Assembly: GCA_016183325.1 (NCBI GenBank)
Contig: JACPEV010000003.1
Span: forward strand, 18,000 to 81,999
Length of the DNA: 64,000 nt
From: Candidatus Curtissbacteria bacterium
GTDB taxonomy: Bacteria > Patescibacteriota > Microgenomatia > Curtissbacterales > GWA2-41-24
Reading direction: 5' to 3'
A program made the position numbers and the translations under genes. The stretch's first letter is position 1. Every line of letters starts with the position of its first letter. The notes beneath the pieces are model-generated. The model did not search any database and was not told the DNA's origin. It was given only the letters and a program-made list of their open reading frames with translations. Below, one piece after another: positions 21,556 through 29,243 of the stretch.

Positions 21556-21810
21556 ATGGATTATATCACTACTAATGTTAGGTTTCATAAAGAAGAGTAC
21601 ATGCGGCTAAAAGAGGAGGCGGCAAGAACTCGGAAGAGTTTTTCTGCTATCGTGAGAGAAAAAGTGCGTTCTAAAAGGAAAAAGCTGTCTAAAGCAGAAG
21701 TTGATAAGATAATGGCAGAAACTGAAAAGTTAGCGAGAGAGATAGGTAAGTATACTAAGGGATTTGATTCGGTTAAAGCCTTAAGAGAAATTCGATATCA
21801 TGATAGATGA
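21556..21810 (+). CDS. Antitoxin (RHH-like)
   Basis: Small ORF overlapping the PIN gene; ends in DSVKALREIR. Confidence 0.75.
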   Translation: MDYITTNVRFHKEEYMRLKEEAARTRKSFSAIVREKVRSKRKKLSKAEVDKIMAETEKLAREIGKYTKGFDSVKALREIRYHDR

Positions 21811-22226
21811 TAATCGTCGATGCTTCTGTCGCCAACAAACTTTTTTTGACTCACGAATCAGGATATAAGCAAGTTAAAACAATCTTCAGGAAGCATGTTA
21901 ATGACACTGAAAAAATCCTCGTTCCAGATCTTCTTTTCTATGAAATAGCTAATACACTAGCCACGAAATTAATGGTTCCCAGTGTAAAGATCGGTTTGGC
22001 TCTGAACCAACTTGATAAATACGACCTTGAGATTTTTCGGTCTAGTTTAAAAGATATTTTCAAAATTGCTGTTTTTGCAAAAGAATTCCACGTTTCAGTT
22101 TACGATGCAACATATGCAGTTCTAGCAAAAGAAAAAGGTTGTGAATTGATTACTGCCGATGAGAAATTTGTGAAACAAGTGAATTTGTCTTTTGTCAAAA
22201 GCTTGCAGGATTATTCAGATGTGTAA
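21807..22226 (+). CDS. vapC: PIN-domain (VapC) toxin
   Basis: IIVDASV, SVYDATY, LITADEK. Confidence 0.9.
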   Translation: MIIVDASVANKLFLTHESGYKQVKTIFRKHVNDTEKILVPDLLFYEIANTLATKLMVPSVKIGLALNQLDKYDLEIFRSSLKDIFKIAVFAKEFHVSVYDATYAVLAKEKGCELITADEKFVKQVNLSFVKSLQDYSDV

Positions 22227-22287
22227 AGCTATATCATCCCCGAGGGCGTGAAGTTATTCGGCGTTTTTTTAAATATTCGAGGCTAAA

Positions 22288-22315
22288 TACTCTAATACTC
22301 TAGAGTATTAGAGTA
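22288..22315. repeat. 28-bp palindromic site P1 TACTCTAATAC-TCTAGA-GTATTAGAGTA
   Basis: Perfect palindrome; variants at 25004, 26326, 27299 and 28471. Confidence 0.9.
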
Positions 22316-22435
22316 ATAAAGATAATCATAAAATTACAAAAGCTAGATTTCTTCATTATCCCGACTCGCCAAGCTATTCCAAACCCGGTTCGGAATACGT
22401 TGGCGAGTAAGGTGAGTTCTGCAATTTCTGAAAGT

Positions 22436-22590
22436 TCAGGCGGGTACGGGAGCGTTTGATGCTATCAAACCTTCATCCTTAAGCTCTGTCCATAATTCTA
22501 CAGGAATCGGAAATTTCACCATTTGGAAATTTTCCTCCGCTTCTTTTGGAGTTCTGGCGCCGGGAATTATTGCCGCAACTGCAGAATGGA
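22436..22590 (-). pseudogene. Aldo/keto reductase, C-terminal fragment
   Basis: HSAVAAIIPGARTPKEAEENFQMVKFPIPVELWTELKDEGLI..PVPA*. Confidence 0.75.
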
Positions 22591-22819
22591 CTTCTCCGCT
22601 TCAGTGTCGGCAGGGCGAGGGCCAAAAAACGAAAGACCCCAGACAAAGAATACCGGGGTCGGCGCGGGTTGGCACGCTAGTTTCTCCGCGGCTTCGGCGG
22701 CTGCGTTTTCCTCAGCTCGGGGCCGAGGACGATGTCGGAGGGCTGTACGAGCCATTAGGCACCCCTTGAACAAAGGATGCCCCTATTATAGGCTTTTCGA
22801 ATGAACCGTCAAGAAGCTA

Positions 22820-23494
22820 CTAAGGGATTTGTTGTGATTTACGCCTCTGGCGTTGGTTTGTGCCGACGTAGTGCTCCACAGCGTTTCGATCCAAGAACCA
22901 TTGCAGCCCGCGCTTCACAGCCGGCAACTTACGGCGTCGTATCAGATAGGCGACGTTGGTGGGGTGACAGCCGAGGATTTCAGCTGCCTCCGCGATCGTA
23001 ACCGTCGCAGAGGGAGACGCGTCTGTTAGCTCCTTCAGCGAAGCGGCATCTACGACGTTATGGAGCTCCTCGACCGCTCCGTTCGTAAAGATGTTGACTC
23101 TTGTGCGTCGCCGATTGGCATTGCACTCAATGGAAAGAACTGCCTGAGCATGCTTAGGCTGGTAACCTGCCGCTATTCTATCTACCGTGTACTCGCGCGA
23201 TTGAGGGTCAAAGGTGCCGGCAATAAACTGTAGCCTGACAAGCCTATCATCAGGATGCACTTGTACGTGAACGGGCGGATCCCCTTCGTTGCCTAGCCTC
23301 CAAACGTAGCCCTTCCCAAAGGACGGATGCTCAAATGCTTCGGCGTCTGTCCCTAATACTGCGTTCACTGCCTCTACCAGAAACGGCTCTCCAGGCCGCC
23401 ACAAACAATGGAGTCCGTCGGTTTCACGCTCTGCAACGGTCGGGTCGGCCGTAACGGAGCTGCGGGTGCCTGCTATTCTCTCCTGGCTGCTCAC
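22820..23494 (-). CDS. Protein with C-terminal excisionase-like HTH (HTH_17), within a high-GC insert
   Basis: VTIAEAAEILGCHPTNVAYLIRRRKLPAVK..WF; GC visibly much higher than the flanks. Confidence 0.7.
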   Translation of the reverse strand: MSSQERIAGTRSSVTADPTVAERETDGLHCLWRPGEPFLVEAVNAVLGTDAEAFEHPSFGKGYVWRLGNEGDPPVHVQVHPDDRLVRLQFIAGTFDPQSREYTVDRIAAGYQPKHAQAVLSIECNANRRRTRVNIFTNGAVEELHNVVDAASLKELTDASPSATVTIAEAAEILGCHPTNVAYLIRRRKLPAVKRGLQWFLDRNAVEHYVGTNQRQRRKSQQIP

Positions 23495-23637
23495 AACTCG
23501 TATGATTATACCATGGCGCCGTGTTAGTAACGGTAACGAAAGGTGGGATGAAACGGCGGGGGGAGTGACACGCTCCTAAATTTCGTGTAACATGCACATG
23601 TAACGCGGATCAGGTAGTGTTTGGATCGGAGACCCTC

Positions 23638-23856
23638 ATGATCCCTCGGGTGACCATCGACGACATCGCCAGCGACACGAGGCTCTCCCGCAAGACCGTG
23701 TCCCTAGCTTTGCGTCACGACCAATCTGTTGCTGCTGCAACACTCCGTCGGGTCCTAGACGCGGCTGAGCGTCTCGGCTATACACGTAGCCGAGCCGAAA
23801 CGGCGCTCCTTGGGGTGGTGGTCCCTTACTTCAATCATCCGTTCTACTCCGAGTAA
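23638..23856 (+). pseudogene. LacI-family regulator, N-terminal fragment
   Basis: VTIDDIA...SRKTVSLAL...AERLGY...NHPFYSE, cut at the junction with the AKR gene. Confidence 0.8.
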
Positions 23857-24069
23857 TGTTTCGGCTTGTCCGAGCGCGTACTTTGGGGCGGTATCGAAAT
23901 AATTAACTCCCAATTTTAAAGCTGTTTTGACTTTACCAATGGTTGCGGCTTCATCCGGGTTCTCAAAATCCAAAAGGCCCGTTCCTAGGCCAAGGCGGGT
24001 AACAAAAACTCCGGTTTGACCAATTTCTACTTTTTGGGTGGGGACGAAAGAGGATTTAGGTCTTTCCAT
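23850..24069 (-). pseudogene. Aldo/keto reductase, N-terminal fragment
   Basis: IGQTGVFVTRLGLGT...GVNYFDTAPKYALGQAETLLG. Confidence 0.85.
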
Positions 24070-24175
24070 ACCGAGCAATTATACATCAGGAAGGTTTTTA
24101 AATTTTTAAAACGGTTAAGAATGCTTCTTAGGAGTTGTCCCTCTCACTTTAAAGCTTCGGAGGGCAAGCGACTTA

Positions 24176-24592
24176 TTACTTATCAATCCCGAATCGTTTG
24201 AATTTATTTGATTTATACTGCTTGTCAAAGCTAAAAACTGTATCCAGACCTTTTCCTTTTAGAATTGCCATATTAACACAGTCTGTGAAACGTGAGTTTT
24301 TGGACGTTTGTTTTTTGAAAAGCTCCAAAGCAGAACGCCTGAGAGCAGCATCAACTTCGATAATTTCCATTTGGCTTGCAAGAATTTCTTCTGCAAATTC
24401 TATCGCTTTATTTAAACCGACTTTTTGACTGATAATTGTCACTGCTTCTCCAAAAGCAGGGTCTGAAGTGAATAGTAATATAGCCTGTTCATCTACAAGA
24501 TTACTTAACTCTATTGCTTTTGAGTGGCTTGAATCTTCTATGGTGTTGAGTGCGACAAAAGCATCAGCGTCGACGAGAAGTTTTTTGATCAT
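24176..24592 (-). CDS. vapC: PIN-domain (VapC) toxin
   Basis: LLVDADAF, FTDCVN, VFSFDK. Confidence 0.9.
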   Translation of the reverse strand: MIKKLLVDADAFVALNTIEDSSHSKAIELSNLVDEQAILLFTSDPAFGEAVTIISQKVGLNKAIEFAEEILASQMEIIEVDAALRRSALELFKKQTSKNSRFTDCVNMAILKGKGLDTVFSFDKQYKSNKFKRFGIDK

Positions 24593-24905
24593 TTAGAAAA
24601 CGCTCCAGCCTCTTTTCTTCTGCTTTTGTTAATGTAGTGGTTCTCTTATCCTTACCGTACTTGGAAGATTTTTCTCCGTAAAGATAACTATATAAATTAG
24701 TAGAAAGATCCTTGGGGCCATGGCCTGCATTAGCAGCTAATCTCAAAAGGACGGCCCCAGGATTTTCCTTTTTTCGTTTTTCAATATTAAGACTTTTTTC
24801 CAGAATATTCCTGACAACTTCGGCTGTGGTTTTGCCATGCCTGCGGGCTTCGATTACGAGTTCCCTTTCAATTTCCGGAGTTAAATAAAGCTGTTTTCTG
24901 ATCAT
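24564..24905 (-). CDS. RHH-type antitoxin
   Basis: MIRKQLYL start; paralog of 1512-1766; TACAT repeats upstream. Confidence 0.8.
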   Translation of the reverse strand: MIRKQLYLTPEIERELVIEARRHGKTTAEVVRNILEKSLNIEKRKKENPGAVLLRLAANAGHGPKDLSTNLYSYLYGEKSSKYGKDKRTTTLTKAEEKRLERFLNDQKTSRRR

Positions 24906-25003
24906 GTATACATTATACATCATACATTTATTGTAGCGTGTTGTCAAATTTTGAGCACGGCTAAGAAGGCTTCTTGGGTAATTATTAAACATTCTAGGCT
25001 AAA

Positions 25004-25031
25004 TACTCTAATGATCTAGATTAATAGAGTG
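25004..25031. repeat. Palindromic site P2 TACTCTAATGA-TCTAGA-TTAATAGAGTG
   Basis: Overlaps the stop codon of the GNAT gene. Confidence 0.85.
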
Positions 25032-25566
25032 AAGACTCCATTAACCAAGAATCTACTTTTTTGCCTTCGTGCTGTTCGTGATTCTTGAGAATTTTGATTT
25101 TCTTGAAACCGGCTTTTTCGTAGGCTCGAATAGCTCGGGGATTATCGACATGAGGATCAGTGACAACTTTTTTGCCTTGTAGTTTTTTAAAAATGTGGTC
25201 GGTGATCATTTTAAGAACTTGTGGTCCGATACCCTTGTTCCAATATTCAACTTCTCCAATATACATATCCACCGCCCAGATGCCATTTGTATCATCCAAT
25301 TCGTAGTCTTTTGCTTTGATAACCGGATAATATTGAATGTACCCAATTTCTTTGTTGTTGTAGGAAAAAAAACATGGAACAATTTTGTTTTTGCCAAGTA
25401 CCCTTGGGCTATATTTTCTTTTGACCTTAGAAAGATATTGCGGGTTGGTACGACCGCCGTAAAATTCAAGAACTCTTTTGTCTGTTAACCATTTAGCAAT
25501 CTGCCTGTAATCGGATTCTTTATCCTCTATTTGCCGAATTTTTAACTGGCCTTTTTTGAGAAGCAT
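25021..25566 (-). CDS. GNAT acetyltransferase resembling AAC(6')-Ie/Im
   Basis: KWLTDKRVLEFYGGR, IGYIQYY, DMYIGE..YWNKGIG, DPHVDNPRAIRAYEKAGF. Confidence 0.75.
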   Translation of the reverse strand: MLLKKGQLKIRQIEDKESDYRQIAKWLTDKRVLEFYGGRTNPQYLSKVKRKYSPRVLGKNKIVPCFFSYNNKEIGYIQYYPVIKAKDYELDDTNGIWAVDMYIGEVEYWNKGIGPQVLKMITDHIFKKLQGKKVVTDPHVDNPRAIRAYEKAGFKKIKILKNHEQHEGKKVDSWLMESSLY

Positions 25567-25574
25567 ATAAACGG

Positions 25575-26267
25575 TTAGTTCAAATCGTATTTTCCTATAA
25601 TTTTTGTTGAGCTTGGGTGACATACTGAATTTGTGGTAATAAGACAAATTGTCCTGACCGATAACTTCCCAACTTCAACAACTTTTAACTTTTTAATTTT
25701 TTCTAAGAAAAGATTGCTTGGATGGGTAATATATCGGCAGACCGTAATGTTACCGAAAAAGATTTCATCCGATTCGTAACTTTTATTGTCTGGAACGCTT
25801 GCTTTGATTAAATTTTTTCTTAAATCTAGAACTAAATCTTTTAATGAATCATTTGAATAACATCTGATTCCAAGACTGGTTGGGAGTTCGAATAAACCTT
25901 TCACTGTGAATTCTAATTCTTTATGCTTCGGGATTATTTGATCAAAAGCTGTTTTTGCTTTTTCGACGTCCTCATCTGTAAATAACGGTGGATCACTAAT
26001 CGTTCGAATATTTTGAATAGTTAAATGAAGGCTTCGTGGTAGGTAAAAATATTGATTACTGTCTGCTTCTCTGAGAGGTTCAATAATTTTGGAAACAATT
26101 ATTTTTTGAAGATTTTCGGGAATAAAAATAACACTGGTTAAACCAATGCGGTTATCATTTGCATAATCTGCGACAGGTTCAACTATAGTTGTAGGTATTT
26201 TACCTTGTTTAAACTTTCCCTCAAGTTTTTCAAAAAGTTCAAATTGCTTCTTTTGATACGAAATCAT
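25575..26267 (-). CDS. 2H phosphoesterase / 2'-5' RNA ligase-like protein
   Basis: SLHLTIQ motif; second motif degenerate (NITV). Confidence 0.6.
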   Translation of the reverse strand: MISYQKKQFELFEKLEGKFKQGKIPTTIVEPVADYANDNRIGLTSVIFIPENLQKIIVSKIIEPLREADSNQYFYLPRSLHLTIQNIRTISDPPLFTDEDVEKAKTAFDQIIPKHKELEFTVKGLFELPTSLGIRCYSNDSLKDLVLDLRKNLIKASVPDNKSYESDEIFFGNITVCRYITHPSNLFLEKIKKLKVVEVGKLSVRTICLITTNSVCHPSSTKIIGKYDLN

Positions 26268-26325
26268 GAGGAAATTATATCTTAAGCATCGCCAGAAAGA
26301 ATTATTGGAGAATTCCTAAGCTAAA

Positions 26326-26353
26326 TACTCTAATACTCTAGAGTAATAGAGTA
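26326..26353. repeat. Palindromic site P3 TACTCTAATAC-TCTAGA-GTAATAGAGTA
   Basis: One mismatch to P1. Confidence 0.9.
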
Positions 26354-26371
26354 AAGAATCCAAGCACTTAA

Positions 26372-26947
26372 TTATGCGAACGAAATGGCAAGGACTATGA
26401 GCATACTTGCAGCAAAGCCGAGCGCTAGTTCTGCCAGAGAATGATGCTCGAGTTGCATGCGAGCCCAACTGATAACTCCCACTAGCGGAAGCGCAATAGC
26501 GTATTGTCGGCCATAGACCACAACAAGTCCGATAACTACGGCCGCAAATACGGCTACATGAAGGCTTGCCTTGATATACAAGTTGAGAATGGTAAAGGCG
26601 AACAAACCAGCTAGCATCATGTAAACAATAAGGCTGAGGTTTTGTGTGAATGACAGGGCATTCATTTCAATGATAAGTATCGGGGTTAGTACCGAAGCAA
26701 CCACAAACAAATAAATCCGCCTTTCCTTACGTTGCGTGACAAAGAGATCGGAGATTATGCCCATCTTCGACATTACAATCTGACATACAATGGGGATCAT
26801 AATAGTTGGAAAGACCAAAGCAATGATCGCAATAATAGCAGAGAAAAAGCTGAGACCTTCGTTATGGATTGCAACTAGTAGCCCACAGAAGCCAACAATT
26901 AATGGGTGAGAAATTAGTGATATTGCTAATGCAATGCGTCTTTGCAT
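26372..26947 (-). CDS. PAP2-like integral membrane protein
   Basis: K.SLH and WAR..L.HH..E motifs; multiple TM helices. Confidence 0.7.
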   Translation of the reverse strand: MQRRIALAISLISHPLIVGFCGLLVAIHNEGLSFFSAIIAIIALVFPTIMIPIVCQIVMSKMGIISDLFVTQRKERRIYLFVVASVLTPILIIEMNALSFTQNLSLIVYMMLAGLFAFTILNLYIKASLHVAVFAAVVIGLVVVYGRQYAIALPLVGVISWARMQLEHHSLAELALGFAASMLIVLAISFA

Positions 26948-26960
26948 TGGGTTTATTTCT

Positions 26961-27254
26961 TTAAATTTTTAATACAGCCAAAAACGCTTCCTGGGGAATA
27001 TCAACTTGGCCAAAGCGGCGCATTCTCTTTTTGCCTTTTTTCTGCTTCTCAAGTAGTTTCATTTTGCGGGTGACGTCGCCGCCGTAGAGTTTGGCGGTGA
27101 CGTCTTTGCGGTACGAGGCGATTGTTTCTCGGGCGATGATTTTGCCGCCCGGCAAACACCAAAGTCCAAAGTACGGCTCCTTGATTCTTTTGATCAGAAG
27201 AAATTTATCTTTATAAATAACCGGGGAAGCAACTATGTTTAAAATTTTGTCCAC
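26961..27254 (-). other. Chimeric ORF: NUDIX 5' head fused in frame to the lepA 3' tail
   Basis: ILNIVASP...LPGGK identical to the 21034-21519 protein; IIARET...FLAVLKI identical to the LepA C-terminus; junction in shared ATTTTGCC. Confidence 0.9.
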
Positions 27255-27298
27255 AAAGTATGGGAGAATTATATCCTACGGGCAATTTCGAATCTAAA

Positions 27299-27326
27299 TA
27301 CTCTAATGATCTAGATTATTAGAGTG
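27299..27326. repeat. Palindromic site P4 TACTCTAATGA-TCTAGA-TTATTAGAGTG
   Basis: Overlaps the stop codon of the CYTH gene. Confidence 0.85.
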
Positions 27327-27860
27327 AGATTTAATTGATTTTTTTAAAATTAAATCAAGATTTGAATCTTTGATGATTTTGTCTAAATAAGGTAGAAATT
27401 TTTGCTTGTAGAAATTGAATTCTTTTTCGGATTCTTTTGAATTTTTGGTCGTTTCAATCTCGAAAATTTTGCCGACAGTTAATATATTATCTAGATTGAA
27501 GATTGTATTGCCTTTTTTCCAAAGCTCGCGTTTTTTGTAAACAGTAGCTTTAATTCCTAAAACTTTTTTCAGATATGGTAAAAGTTTTTTATCTTTTACA
27601 GAAAGTAGGCTTACTTTTGCTTGGTTGCTTTTGTTTTCTTGAAAAGCTCTTCTTTTGTAATAAATTATGGTTTGTTTCCCTTTCTGTATTCTTAATTTAA
27701 GTCTTGGATGGATCTTGATATCCGATTGAGGTAAGTTGAAAAAGTAATCTTTTTGAAAAAAAGTTCCAACTTTCTTGGCATTTAACTCTTTTAGAATTTT
27801 CCTAATTGGAGAAAAATCGTTGCAAAAATACTTCAGCTCGAGATTAACTTTATTTTGCAT
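27303..27860 (-). CDS. CYTH-domain protein (CyaB-like)
   Basis: NLELKY, QKDYFF, RLKLR, KKRELW, FEIE. Confidence 0.8.
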   Translation of the reverse strand: MQNKVNLELKYFCNDFSPIRKILKELNAKKVGTFFQKDYFFNLPQSDIKIHPRLKLRIQKGKQTIIYYKRRAFQENKSNQAKVSLLSVKDKKLLPYLKKVLGIKATVYKKRELWKKGNTIFNLDNILTVGKIFEIETTKNSKESEKEFNFYKQKFLPYLDKIIKDSNLDLILKKSIKSHSNNLDH

Positions 27861-28421
27861 CTAGAAAGTCAGATTTTGGTACATTAATATTTGATCGATA
27901 AATTTGTCCCGGTGGACTATTCCTTTTGGAAGCACACCATATTTTTTAAACCCGAAGTTTTTATACATTTCAATCGCTATATTATTGTTTGCATAGACAA
28001 CTAGCGTGACAATTTTTAGATTGAAGAGATTTTTCCCTGCTTCTTCTAAAATTTTTTCTGTTAAAAGTTTCCCGATGCCTTGATTTCTAAATTGTTTGGC
28101 CACCGAAATGCCAAAATCACCAACATGTGTTTCAACTCTTTCTCTAAGTGTTATGTTTGCGATCCCAATTAAGGCCTTTTGGGAGTAGGCCAAGATGTGA
28201 ATATCTTCATTTTTATTCATTTTATTAAGAACGTTATCTAAATATTTTTTTTCTTCGTCAACTGTTAGTTGTTGTCCTTGGAAACTGATATACGTACGCT
28301 CTTTTGAAAGCGTGTTGATGTAATTTAAAAGATCTTTGAGATCATTCGCTTCGGGGTAACGTAAAACAATTGGGAGACCGTTTTTAATTTTGCCTTCGAA
28401 GATAATTTGTCCTGGTTGCAT
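27861..28421 (-). CDS. GNAT acetyltransferase
   Basis: HVGDFGISV..FRNQGIG, NNIAIEMYKNFGF. Confidence 0.88.
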   Translation of the reverse strand: MQPGQIIFEGKIKNGLPIVLRYPEANDLKDLLNYINTLSKERTYISFQGQQLTVDEEKKYLDNVLNKMNKNEDIHILAYSQKALIGIANITLRERVETHVGDFGISVAKQFRNQGIGKLLTEKILEEAGKNLFNLKIVTLVVYANNNIAIEMYKNFGFKKYGVLPKGIVHRDKFIDQILMYQNLTF

Positions 28422-28470
28422 AAATAAGATTATATCCTAAGCTGTCGCTTTAGAAGATTTCTAAGCTTAA

Positions 28471-28498
28471 TACTCTATTACTCTAGAGTAACGGTAAT
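28471..28498. repeat. Palindromic site P5 (right arm degenerate)
   Basis: TACTCTATTAC-TCTAGA-GTAACGGTAAT. Confidence 0.75.
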
Positions 28499-28670
28499 TT
28501 GTACTTTTAGAATCTCGACTCGCAGAGCTATTCCAATATTCCAAACCGGGTTTAGAATACGTTGGCGAATAAGGTTGGCTCTGCAATTTCTGACAAAATT
28601 CCTGTGAACTACATCACTTCCGATGTGTGTTTGTTGACAAAGTGGTTCCGATATTATAGGATATGTTCCT

Positions 28671-29192
28671 ATGGCTAACGTCGAACAAGACCCAAACTCA
28701 GGAGAGGCCATTATAGTTGATCCAAGATCTCGTGCTGAGTTCTGGGCTTCACAGGGTATTCCCTTTGCCACTCACGAATTTGCGATTTATGCAAATCTTG
28801 CTGAACAAGAAAGAGACTCTTTAATGACGGAGGCTCATTTGAATGCGGCTGAGAGAGCTAAAAAGTTGTCTTTGCAGGAGATAACTGACATAAAAACTGG
28901 GCCTTTTGAAACAACTCCAAAGGACGTTCAGTGGGCTGATTATTGGACCCGAAGAGTCCTAGGTATCGCTGATTATTCTGGATTTGGCTTATCAAGAAGG
29001 CAAGTTCTAACTAACCTGTTTACAAGAGACGACAAACTTGGAAACGCGGCCAGAGAGACATTTATTACTGCTTGGGAGTCTTTGGTAACCTATTTGAGAA
29101 CGGCAACAGAGCAAGCAAAACCTGAGACTCAAGCCCACTTAGAACTAGCGAAATACTTGCAACAAAGATCCGAACAAAGAGGAACTATCTAA
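28671..29192 (+). CDS. Hypothetical protein
   Basis: 173-aa ORF with ATG start; no recognised motif. Confidence 0.65.
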   Translation: MANVEQDPNSGEAIIVDPRSRAEFWASQGIPFATHEFAIYANLAEQERDSLMTEAHLNAAERAKKLSLQEITDIKTGPFETTPKDVQWADYWTRRVLGIADYSGFGLSRRQVLTNLFTRDDKLGNAARETFITAWESLVTYLRTATEQAKPETQAHLELAKYLQQRSEQRGTI

Positions 29193-29243
29193 TCTTCAAA
29201 ACTCTATTTATCATACTCTGTAGTATGGTATTAAAGTGATTTA

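Noticed and set aside
22590-23856. Prophage or ICE suggested by the excisionase-like gene
   Set aside because: No integrase, structural or conjugation genes; only a 1.3-kb fragment
22288-28498. CRISPR array made of the 28-bp palindromic repeats
   Set aside because: The intervening segments are 1-2.7 kb gene blocks rather than 30-40-nt spacers, and there are no cas genes in the window
28478-28771. 97-aa minus-strand ORF
   Set aside because: Overlaps the 28671 gene, the second repeated unit and site P5; probably spurious
21034-29243. Classical integron or CALIN
   Set aside because: No intI; the sites are shorter than attC and lack clear RYYYAAC/GTTRRRY boxes
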